Below are positions 28,496-36,032 of a stretch of DNA of 47,576 nt, piece by piece; within the stretch, counting starts at the first letter, position 1; each line of letters opens with the position of its first letter. The stretch is taken from contig CAZTYX010000001.1 of NCBI GenBank assembly GCA_964617385.1, positions 1 through 47,576 of the forward strand, read 5' to 3'. The notes below the pieces were generated by a model. The model worked only from the letters and a program-made list of their open reading frames with translations. It searched no databases and was not told the origin of the DNA. The position numbers and the translations under genes are program-made. Source of the DNA: an uncultured Flavobacteriaceae bacterium (GTDB taxonomy: Bacteria > Bacteroidota > Bacteroidia > Flavobacteriales > Flavobacteriaceae).

Positions 28496-30133
28496 TTATG
28501 GATAATATTCGGGTGGTTTACGGTGGCGAGCGATTTTTTCAAAGGCAGCAGCCAATTCAATAAGCAATTGTTCTTGTTTGCCCTGCGCAATAAGGCTCAT
28601 ATTTTGTGGTTTTCCATCGGCATAAAATCCAATGGGTAGGCCAATGGCGCTATAATGTACCGTGGCCAAATGGCTAGAGGTAAAGTAATCTAACGTTATC
28701 AAAGCATCCAATCGATTTTCTTCAAACAGCGCATCCATCGCTTTTGTTAGCGCTGCTCTAAAGCTTTCTTTTTTTAGCTGAAATGTTTCATAGTTGGTGG
28801 TGTCTTGGGCAATATTTTCAAAAATGGCTTGGCCATAGGGGGCATTTTTTTCAGCTGCTTGACGATTAAAAGCAATGATATCGGTAATGTTTTTTGCAGA
28901 AAGGGATGCATTTCCATAGGTTTCAATGTAGCGAGGAAGGTCCACCTTCATATCGGTGTCTAAAATTTTAATAAACAACGCTATGTCTATTTCGGGAAGG
29001 GTAACTTCCATCACTGTTCCACCAGCCTTTTTGATTTGTTGCACTGCTTGTTGTATTAGGGTATCTTGGGCGTCTGTATCCACCAAACCAAAGCGTTTCC
29101 CTTTTAGACTGGCGTTTTCTAAGAATGCTGGGTTTAAGGGGCTAGCGGCGTAGCTATATTTATCTTTGGGATCATAACCAATTAAGGCATTATAAATTAA
29201 AAGATTATCTATAACCCATTTTGTCATGGGACCGGCTGTGTCAAAAGTGGAAGAAATGGGAATGATTCCTGAACGACTCACAGCGCCAATGGTCGGTTTT
29301 AGCCCCACCAAGGCATTTTTGGCCGCAGGCGATAATATTGAACCCGAAGTTTCTGTGCCAATGGTTGCCACCGCATAATTGGCCGCAGCAGCCACCCCAC
29401 TTCCCGAACTAGAACCCCCCGATTCAAAAACTTTTCGCCCATAGGGATTTAATGTTTGCCCACCCAGTGCACTATAACCAAGGGGACAACCCTCGCAAAA
29501 ATAGTAGGCCCATTCACTTAAATTGAGTTTTCCTAAAATCAATGCTCCTTGCGCTTTTAATTGATTCACAATAAAAGCATCAGCTTTGGTTTGATTGGTT
29601 GCAAACACTGCCGCACCAGCAGTGGTGGGCATGGCAGCCGTATTAATGTTGTCTTTCAAAAGAATGGGCATGCCATAAAGTGGCTGTTGAGTGGCCTTTT
29701 CGGGATGGTTGTCTTTTTCACGTGCTTGCGCCAAAACGGTTGGATTTAAACTTATAACAGCATTGAGATATAAGTTAGGGTCGGTTTCATAACGATAAAT
29801 TCTATAGAGGTAAAACAAGGTCAACTCTTCATAGGTAAAAATCTTTTGGGCAATAGCTCTTTGAAGTTCGGGAATGGATTGCTCTAAAATATGAGGTTTC
29901 AATTCTTTATAGCGATTAGCAAACCCTAACAATTCCTTTTCAAAATGGGTGAACCACTGGTTCTTGTCAGTATGTTGCGATTGCAAACGTTTGTATTGTA
30001 GCCGCTGATTTTCATGGGTGGCGTTTTTAGCCAACTCCGCTGTTTCATCATAAGGCACCCATTTAGTTAATTGGGGCGGGGTGTTGCACTGCCAAAAAAT
30101 AAGACCCAAAAATAAAATTGCTCTAGTTTTCAT
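28496..30133 (-). CDS. Amidase-signature family lipoprotein
   Basis: 545-aa ORF with lipobox LIFWQC. Amidase signature is GGSSSGSGVAAAANYAVATIGTETSGSILSPA. Confidence 0.88.
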   Translation of the reverse strand: MKTRAILFLGLIFWQCNTPPQLTKWVPYDETAELAKNATHENQRLQYKRLQSQHTDKNQWFTHFEKELLGFANRYKELKPHILEQSIPELQRAIAQKIFTYEELTLFYLYRIYRYETDPNLYLNAVISLNPTVLAQAREKDNHPEKATQQPLYGMPILLKDNINTAAMPTTAGAAVFATNQTKADAFIVNQLKAQGALILGKLNLSEWAYYFCEGCPLGYSALGGQTLNPYGRKVFESGGSSSGSGVAAAANYAVATIGTETSGSILSPAAKNALVGLKPTIGAVSRSGIIPISSTFDTAGPMTKWVIDNLLIYNALIGYDPKDKYSYAASPLNPAFLENASLKGKRFGLVDTDAQDTLIQQAVQQIKKAGGTVMEVTLPEIDIALFIKILDTDMKVDLPRYIETYGNASLSAKNITDIIAFNRQAAEKNAPYGQAIFENIAQDTTNYETFQLKKESFRAALTKAMDALFEENRLDALITLDYFTSSHLATVHYSAIGLPIGFYADGKPQNMSLIAQGKQEQLLIELAAAFEKIARHRKPPEYYP

Positions 30134-31118
30134 TGTTTGGCAAAACGCGTTTTAAAAAATTGAGGGTAGCGGTGGTCACTTGGTCATAATTTTTGGTTGA
30201 CAAAAAAGAAGTCATCACATGTTCTCCCGCTTCTGGAAAGGTCATTTTTTGCTTTAAAGAATCGGGAGTACCCAATTGTTCATACATTTCTAAAAGGGCG
30301 GGTATTGAAACCACATCGTCTTTGTTTTGTTCGTCTTTAAAATAATATCCCATAAAAAGCGGCTTTGTGAATGCAACAAACGTTTCGGGTTGCATTTTTA
30401 ATTCTAAGAATTTTTGCAAATGAGCGCCAGATTCTAAACGGGTGATGTAGGTCCAATATTTCTTTTTTTCTTCGGTGAGCCGATCCATTTCATGATAATT
30501 TCCTCCCTTAACCAATCGAGCCAATTGAATGCCCCAAGGTTTGGATAAAACCACTGCCGCTGGATCGGCCAAACGAATGTTGGGGGAATAAACTGCTACA
30601 GCAGCCACTTGGGGATCCTGCCCCAGTGACAGGGCAAGTGTGGATCCATGAGAAGTTGCAAGGATAATCACTTTTTCACCCAAGTTTTTAGCAATGGCAA
30701 GCGCCTCTTTGGCACTTTCCCAATAGGGGTCGTTATGAAAATTGAGCATGGGCTCCTTTTCATCCAATCCATGACCATATAAACGAGGTACATATAAATT
30801 GGCTCCCAGGGCTTTGGCAATATCTATATGCACCGGATCTCCTTCAATGGGACTGGCCGTAAACCCATGATAATATAAAACAGCATATTCTGTTTTTTGA
30901 GGAATGGAATCATGAAAAAGCAGAACCGATTGGTTGCCTGGTTTGATGTTTGCTATGGCGGCCTCACTATTTTCAATATAATTGGCTAATGTGTTTAATT
31001 CTTGTGGCACTTCAGGCATTGTGGGGTCCAAAACGGGCGTTTCTACCCTAGGACCCAACAAATAGACCGCACCAATGAGCAAAACCACCGCAACAATACC
31101 TTTTGAAATTTTATTCAT
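30123..31118 (-). CDS. Alpha/beta-fold hydrolase (esterase/lipase-like), N-terminally anchored
   Basis: 331-aa ORF with an N-terminal hydrophobic helix. It contains the HG oxyanion-type motif YYHGFTASP and a nucleophile-elbow-like ATSHGS. It overlaps the amidase start by 11 nt. Confidence 0.7.
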   Translation of the reverse strand: MNKISKGIVAVVLLIGAVYLLGPRVETPVLDPTMPEVPQELNTLANYIENSEAAIANIKPGNQSVLLFHDSIPQKTEYAVLYYHGFTASPIEGDPVHIDIAKALGANLYVPRLYGHGLDEKEPMLNFHNDPYWESAKEALAIAKNLGEKVIILATSHGSTLALSLGQDPQVAAVAVYSPNIRLADPAAVVLSKPWGIQLARLVKGGNYHEMDRLTEEKKKYWTYITRLESGAHLQKFLELKMQPETFVAFTKPLFMGYYFKDEQNKDDVVSIPALLEMYEQLGTPDSLKQKMTFPEAGEHVMTSFLSTKNYDQVTTATLNFLKRVLPNNEN

Positions 31119-31121
31119 AAA

Positions 31122-32066
31122 CTATTCGCTAAAGAGGGTTTGCACAAAATGAGCTGCATCAAAGGGTTGCAAATCTTCAATGCCCTCACCCACTCCAATA
31201 TATTGTATGGGAATTTGAAATTGATCGGCAATGCCAAGAACTACACCCCCTTTGGCTGTACCATCCAACTTGGTTATGGCTAAAGCATTTACTGCCGTTG
31301 CCGCTGTGAACTGTTTGGCTTGTTCAAAGGCATTTTGTCCTGTAGACCCATCCAAAACCAACAACACTTCGTGGGGGGCGCTGGGCACTACTTTTTCCAT
31401 CACACGTTTCACTTTGGCCAATTCATTCATTAAATTGACCTTATTATGCAATCGCCCAGCAGTGTCAATAATGACTACTTCACTTTTTTGAGCCACGGCC
31501 GATTGTAAAGTATCGAAAGCCACCGCGGCCGGATCGCTGCCCATTTCTTGACGCACAAGAGGCACCTCCACCCGATCGGCCCAAATTTGCAGCTGGTCTA
31601 TGGCGCCAGCCCTAAATGTGTCTGCTGCACCAAGCAACACCTTTTTCCCAGATTGCTTAAACCGATGGGCCAATTTACCAATGGTGGTTGTTTTGCCCAC
31701 CCCGTTTACACCCACTACCATAATTACATGAGGCAAAGAAGGTGTTGGTTTGTCCTCTTTTTTTTGGGATCCCTCTAAAATCTTAATTAACTCTTCATTA
31801 AGCATTGATGCTAAGACCTTGGTGCCTAAATATTTCTCTTTGGCTACTCGTGCTTCAAGAGCTTCAATCACTTTAAGGGTGGTGGCCACCCCCACATCCG
31901 ACTGTATTAAAACGGCTTCCAACTCATCCAACACTTCGTCATCCACTTTTGACTTGCCCACTAAAGCTGTGCCCAATCGTGAAAAAAAAGCGCTTTTAGT
32001 TTGGGCCAAGCCAGCGTCTAACTTCTCTTGCTCCTTTTTGCCAAAAAATTTTTTTAATATGCCCAT
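31122..32066 (-). CDS. ftsY: Signal recognition particle receptor FtsY
   Basis: 314-aa ORF with the SRP GTPase motifs GVNGVGKTTTIGKLA, DTAGR and TKLDG. Confidence 0.96.
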   Translation of the reverse strand: MGILKKFFGKKEQEKLDAGLAQTKSAFFSRLGTALVGKSKVDDEVLDELEAVLIQSDVGVATTLKVIEALEARVAKEKYLGTKVLASMLNEELIKILEGSQKKEDKPTPSLPHVIMVVGVNGVGKTTTIGKLAHRFKQSGKKVLLGAADTFRAGAIDQLQIWADRVEVPLVRQEMGSDPAAVAFDTLQSAVAQKSEVVIIDTAGRLHNKVNLMNELAKVKRVMEKVVPSAPHEVLLVLDGSTGQNAFEQAKQFTAATAVNALAITKLDGTAKGGVVLGIADQFQIPIQYIGVGEGIEDLQPFDAAHFVQTLFSE

Positions 32067-32074
32067 GCTGCCCT

Positions 32075-32106
32075 AAAATAAAAAAAGCTACTCTAAAAGT
32101 AGCTTT
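32075..32106 (-). terminator. Rho-independent terminator after the rpmB-rpmG-DUF4295 unit
   Basis: On the minus strand there is a 9-bp stem: AAAGCTACT (rc of plus 32098-32106) pairs with AGTAGCTTT (rc of plus 32084-32092). The loop is 5 nt, and TTTTTATTTT follows the stem. The stem ends 17 nt before the ftsY ATG. Confidence 0.7.
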
Positions 32107-32125
32107 CTTTATTCAATTATCTTGA

Positions 32126-32278
32126 TTATTGTTTGTCTAACCATTCGTTGGCCATATCTGGCGGAATGATTGTTTCAACAAAGCTATAGGATTGGCTGTC
32201 GCCTTTTTTTACCATTTTAATTGCTTTGGTCAATCTTTTGGACCCTGTTTGTAGGGTTGCTACTGATTTCTTTGCCAT
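32126..32278 (-). CDS. DUF4295-family small protein (50 aa)
   Basis: Not in the ORF track because it is under 60 aa. Hand translation gives MAKKSVATLQTGSKRLTKAIKMVKKGDSQSYSFVETIIPPDMANEWLDKQ. It sits directly after rpmG, the position conserved in Bacteroidota. Confidence 0.75.
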   Translation of the reverse strand: MAKKSVATLQTGSKRLTKAIKMVKKGDSQSYSFVETIIPPDMANEWLDKQ

Positions 32279-32280
32279 GA

Positions 32281-32463
32281 TTATTTAATTTCTTTATGAA
32301 CCGTCATTTTTTTCAAAATGGGGTTGAATTTTTTAACCTCCAAACGCTCGGGAGTATTCTTTTTGTTTTTGGTAGTAATGTATCGTGAAGTTCCAGGCAT
32401 GCCCGAATCTTTGTGTTCTGTACATTCCAAAATTACTTGTACGCGGTTTCCTTTTTTTGCCAT
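32281..32463 (-). CDS. rpmG: 50S ribosomal protein L33
   Basis: 60 aa: [18 protein letters not shown]...[18 protein letters not shown]. Confidence 0.96.
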   Translation of the reverse strand: MAKKGNRVQVILECTEHKDSGMPGTSRYITTKNKKNTPERLEVKKFNPILKKMTVHKEIK

Positions 32464-32466
32464 GAC

Positions 32467-32706
32467 TTAGCCTTTATAGGTGCCCTTTTGACGAGCTTCT
32501 TTTAAAACAGCTGTAATGCCTTTTTTGTTAATTGTCTTTAAGGTTGCAGCAGATATATTTAATGTGATCCAACGGTTTTCTTCTGGTAGGAAGAAACGTT
32601 TCTTAATAATATTAGCATCAAAACGACGGCGGGTGCGGTTTAGGGCATGCGACACGTTGTTGCCAAACATCACTTTCTTGCCACTAATTTCACATACTTT
32701 AGACAT
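32467..32706 (-). CDS. rpmB: 50S ribosomal protein L28
   Basis: 79 aa: [32 protein letters not shown]. Confidence 0.96.
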   Translation of the reverse strand: MSKVCEISGKKVMFGNNVSHALNRTRRRFDANIIKKRFFLPEENRWITLNISAATLKTINKKGITAVLKEARQKGTYKG

Positions 32707-32728
32707 CTTCTTTATTTTTATGTGGCTG

Positions 32729-32758
32729 CAAATTTAATCTTTTTATGGGAGATACAAA
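32729..32758 (-). promoter_or_regulatory. Candidate rpmB promoter (-7 TAAATTTG plus -33 TTTG)
   Basis: The minus strand has TAAATTTG at 32729-32736, 22 nt upstream of the ATG. A TTTG lies at 32755-32758, giving an 18-nt spacer. Confidence 0.55.
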
Positions 32759-32822
32759 GAAAGTTTGGGCATAATTTAAATTCTCTTGGTTAAAAAAAAT
32801 TATTATGTACTGAAAAAAATTA

Positions 32823-32830
32823 TACCTTTG
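32823..32830 (+). promoter_or_regulatory. Candidate -7 box (TACCTTTG) for the YHS-to-NRDE operon
   Basis: A perfect TAnnTTTG match sits 22 nt upstream of the ATG at 32853. I found no clear -33 TTTG. Confidence 0.45.
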
Positions 32831-32852
32831 GAATCCAATCTCTTATCATCAA

Positions 32853-33326
32853 ATGACCTATCTATACTCCTCTCGATTTTTACTTGTTCCTTTATTTTTG
32901 TTTCACTGTTTGACTTTTAGCCAGAACACAGAAACACATCTTAATCTAGATAAGAATAACCTTGCTGTTTCCGGCTATGATTTGGTTGCCTACTTTGACA
33001 CAAAGGCCATTAAGGGCAGTTCAAAGTTTGAACTAACCTATGATGGAGGAATTTACCGATTTCACAATCAAAAAAACAAATTGCTTTTTGAGGAAAATCC
33101 AGTGAAATACTTGCCACAATATGGAGGCTGGTGTGCTTACGCCATGGGCTATAATGGAGAGAAAGTTTCTATTAATCCGGAATCCTTTAGCATTGAAAAC
33201 GGCAAACTGTATCTTTTTTATAAAACCTTTTTTAATGATACAAAAACAAAATGGTTAGAGAATACTAAAGTTTTGAAAGAAAAAGCTGATGAAAATTGGA
33301 ATAACTATATAACAAATGAAAATTAA
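32853..33326 (+). CDS. YHS-domain-containing secreted protein (Cys form of the YHS (seleno)protein family)
   Basis: 157-aa ORF with a signal peptide. Motifs are SGYDLVAYFD, YRFHNQKNKLLFEENPVKYLPQYGGWCAYAMG and NGKLYLF. Confidence 0.75.
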   Translation: MTYLYSSRFLLVPLFLFHCLTFSQNTETHLNLDKNNLAVSGYDLVAYFDTKAIKGSSKFELTYDGGIYRFHNQKNKLLFEENPVKYLPQYGGWCAYAMGYNGEKVSINPESFSIENGKLYLFYKTFFNDTKTKWLENTKVLKEKADENWNNYITNEN

Positions 33327-33727
33327 TGAAAATAAAAATTGACTTTCTTTTGCGTATAATCACAGCTGTAATTTTATTACAATCGTTGTATTTTAAATTT
33401 ACAGGACATTCCGAAGCAGTGCATATTTTTTCTACATTAAACGCTGAGCCATGGGGGAGAATTACTTTAGGCTGGATTGAACTTGTTGTTGGCGTATCAC
33501 TTCTATTTCCCAAAACAAAATTTTATGGCACACTTGGTGCAATTGCCTTAATGCTTGGAGCTATTTGTGTCCACTTGTTCACATCAATTGGCATTGTAGT
33601 TCAATGGGGAGAAAAATCTGATAATGGGCAACTTTTCACCATGTCTATTGTGGCATTCTTATGTAGTGTTTTGAGTTTTTATATTCAAAAGAAAGCAACT
33701 CTAAATAAACAACCGTCTAGAATTTAA
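33326..33727 (+). CDS. DoxX-like small integral membrane protein
   Basis: 133-aa ORF with about four predicted TM helices. Its ATG shares one base with the upstream stop (TAATG). The DoxX-like assignment is recognition-level only. Confidence 0.5.
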   Translation: MKIKIDFLLRIITAVILLQSLYFKFTGHSEAVHIFSTLNAEPWGRITLGWIELVVGVSLLFPKTKFYGTLGAIALMLGAICVHLFTSIGIVVQWGEKSDNGQLFTMSIVAFLCSVLSFYIQKKATLNKQPSRI

Positions 33728-33742
33728 AAGCACCTTGTTCTC

Positions 33743-34774
33743 ATGACGTTGAAGCGCATCTATCATTATGAGTTTTGGCCATTTTGGCTGTTTTACATTC
33801 CTGCATTTTTTTATTATTTTTTTCTTGCAATTAGAGCTAAAAGGTGGGTCTACTTTTCTACTCTGAACAATTCAATGAATTTTGGAGGTGCATTTTTGAG
33901 TTCGAAAAACAACTACCTAAAAGAAATACCAATAAAATGGGTTCCAACTACCATTTTTGTTCCACCTCAGGAAAATTTTAATAAAACTCAAAAAAAACTT
34001 AGGGAAAAAAAAATCACCTTCCCATTAATTGTAAAACCCGACATGGGTGAAAGGGGCAAAAATGTGGCATTACTCTCCACTCCAAAAGAATTAGAAGACT
34101 ACTTGAAAAAAGCCAACCAACCATCGCTCATTCAAGAATACATTTCCTATCCTATTGAGTTGGGAATACTTTTTTATTGGAACACCAAAAAAAGACCTGT
34201 TATCAGTTCAATCGGCGTGAAAACATTTTGCGAAATTGAAGGAAATGGTAATGACACATTAAAACAACTGGTGTCTAAAAACCACCGAATATCTAAGCGC
34301 AAGGAGTTCCTATCCCGTAAATTCAAAAAGGATTGGCATAGAAAAATTTCTTCAGGAGAAAAAATACTTATAGAACCTATTGGCAACCACAATCTAGGCA
34401 CCACCTTTTGTGATGGCAGAAAAAACTATTCCAAAGAAATGCTTTTATGGGTAGCAAATTGTGTGAAAAATATTCCAGGATTTGATTACCGACGACTAGA
34501 TATAAAAATCAAAGATTGGTCTGCCTTCAAAAATAATGACGGCATTAAAATTATTGAAATTAATGGTATTAATTCTGAACCCATACATATTTATGACCCT
34601 AATTACAACCTATGGAAAGCATACAGAGATATATTTCAACATATGAATATCATCTATAAACTCAGTAAAAACAAAAGAGAATTAAAAATAAAGCCCATTT
34701 CTCTCATTGAGTTTATAATGGGAGCTAAAAAAGCATTGAACCAAAAAAAAATAACACAACATCTTTACCTATGA
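33743..34774 (+). CDS. ATP-grasp-fold ligase with an N-terminal transmembrane helix; substrate unknown
   Basis: 343-aa ORF. The N-terminus FWPFWLFYIPAFFYYFFLAI is hydrophobic. ATP-grasp hallmarks are FPLIVKPDMGERGKNVALL, the hinge LIQEYI, and the ExN metal motif in KIIEINGINSEP. Confidence 0.65.
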   Translation: MTLKRIYHYEFWPFWLFYIPAFFYYFFLAIRAKRWVYFSTLNNSMNFGGAFLSSKNNYLKEIPIKWVPTTIFVPPQENFNKTQKKLREKKITFPLIVKPDMGERGKNVALLSTPKELEDYLKKANQPSLIQEYISYPIELGILFYWNTKKRPVISSIGVKTFCEIEGNGNDTLKQLVSKNHRISKRKEFLSRKFKKDWHRKISSGEKILIEPIGNHNLGTTFCDGRKNYSKEMLLWVANCVKNIPGFDYRRLDIKIKDWSAFKNNDGIKIIEINGINSEPIHIYDPNYNLWKAYRDIFQHMNIIYKLSKNKRELKIKPISLIEFIMGAKKALNQKKITQHLYL

Positions 34775-35280
34775 ATTTAAATGCCCAAATCCACGTACTT
34801 ACAGACTTAAAAAAATTACTAGAAAATTTAAATCCCACCTCTTTCACGCGTAAAAACAGTTCATTATTCGGGAGTACAATTGGGGAGCATTTCAGACATA
34901 TAATTGAATTTTATATCTGTTGCTTTGAGCAAAAAGATTCAGGAGTCATAAACTACGATTTGAGACAAAGAGACCCTTCCCTAGAAAACAACATTGCCTT
35001 AGGCATTCTTGAGATTAATAAAATTTCAGAACTAATAAAACAGGCTGAAAATAATAAAAATGTGAACCTTATCTTTGACAACTGTCTAAATGAGAGTGTT
35101 AACAAAAATGGCTCTCAAACATCTTTTTATAGAGAACTTTCCTATTGTATGGATCATTGCATACACCACCAGAGTTTAATCAAAATTGCTCTATTGGAGC
35201 AAGGACTCCATCATCTAATCGACAAAAACTTTGGCGTAGCCTTTTCTACTCAAAAACACAGACAAGAATGTGCATCGTAA
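34771..35280 (+). CDS. DinB-like (four-helix-bundle, His-triad) protein
   Basis: 169-aa ORF whose ATG overlaps the ATP-grasp stop (ATGA). Candidate metal ligands lie in GEHFRHIIEFY and MDHCIHHQSLI. Confidence 0.5.
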   Translation: MNLNAQIHVLTDLKKLLENLNPTSFTRKNSSLFGSTIGEHFRHIIEFYICCFEQKDSGVINYDLRQRDPSLENNIALGILEINKISELIKQAENNKNVNLIFDNCLNESVNKNGSQTSFYRELSYCMDHCIHHQSLIKIALLEQGLHHLIDKNFGVAFSTQKHRQECAS

Positions 35281-35963
35281 CCTATATTCCAACAAAAAAA
35301 GGTTTTTTTTTCACAAGCAACAGAGATGAAGTGAAAACGCGACAAACCGATTGTCTTAAGACGTATAAACATCAAGGTTTTGAGTTTTTATATCCAAAAG
35401 ATTTGGAAAAAGGAGGCAGTTGGTTTGTTGTAAATACCTCAAGTAAAAAAATTGCCTGTCTTTTGAATGCAACTGGCAAACAACCAAATCTTGACACAAA
35501 AATGAGTAGAGGGCTTATTCCAATAAACTTTCTGATTCATGAAAAGAACTTTTTGCTAGAAGAAATGATTGAAAAAGTTTCACCCTTTACCTTAATATGC
35601 ATTCAATATGGCAACAATATTATTATTGAAGAATTTGAATGGAATGGTGAGCGTTTGACACGAAAAAAAATTAATGAAAAAGAAACCCACTTATGGTGTT
35701 CAAACACCCTATATAATAGAGATTACAAAGAACACCTAACAAAAAAAATCTTATGTGAAACCCCAAAATTGAAAAGCACTAGAGAGGTTATAGATTTTCA
35801 TAAAAAAATGGCCCAGCCCGAAAACAGCAACGTATATTTAAAAAAAGACAAATGCTTACAAACGCTGAGCATAACCTGTTTTAATGAAACAGAAAATCAA
35901 GAAATTATTTCATATTTAGATATACAAAAAAACGCAACCAAGGTTTATATTAAAGAATTTTGA
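35268..35963 (+). CDS. NRDE-family (TANGO2-like) protein
   Basis: I start it at the ATG at 35268, giving MCIVTYIPTKKGFFFTSNRDE. This carries the literal NRDE motif and an N-terminal Met-Cys, and it overlaps the DinB-like gene by 13 nt. The track's longer ORF (from 35145) would run out of frame across the upstream gene. Confidence 0.7.
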   Translation: MCIVTYIPTKKGFFFTSNRDEVKTRQTDCLKTYKHQGFEFLYPKDLEKGGSWFVVNTSSKKIACLLNATGKQPNLDTKMSRGLIPINFLIHEKNFLLEEMIEKVSPFTLICIQYGNNIIIEEFEWNGERLTRKKINEKETHLWCSNTLYNRDYKEHLTKKILCETPKLKSTREVIDFHKKMAQPENSNVYLKKDKCLQTLSITCFNETENQEIISYLDIQKNATKVYIKEF

Positions 35964-36032
35964 GAAGCTATTGTTATTTGCATAAAATATTCATTACCTA
36001 AAAATATAAGCTTATTACTTAATTCGTTATGC

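Noticed and set aside
28495-28590. Longer N-terminal extensions suggested by the ORF track. This one is rimO; the same applies to 35145-35267 (NRDE), 43583-43627 (fabH), 45634-45654 (TetR), 24065-24070 (guaA) and 40731-40769 (symporter).
   Set aside because: Each extension overlaps an upstream gene or a terminator, or uses a TTG/GTG codon. In every case an internal ATG gives the family-typical N-terminus.
33743-34774. Calling the ATP-grasp protein a D-alanine--D-alanine ligase
   Set aside because: It has a TM anchor, I could not recognise the N-terminal Ddl domain or the Ddl-specific motifs, and it has no cell-wall gene context. Only the generic ATP-grasp fold is supported.
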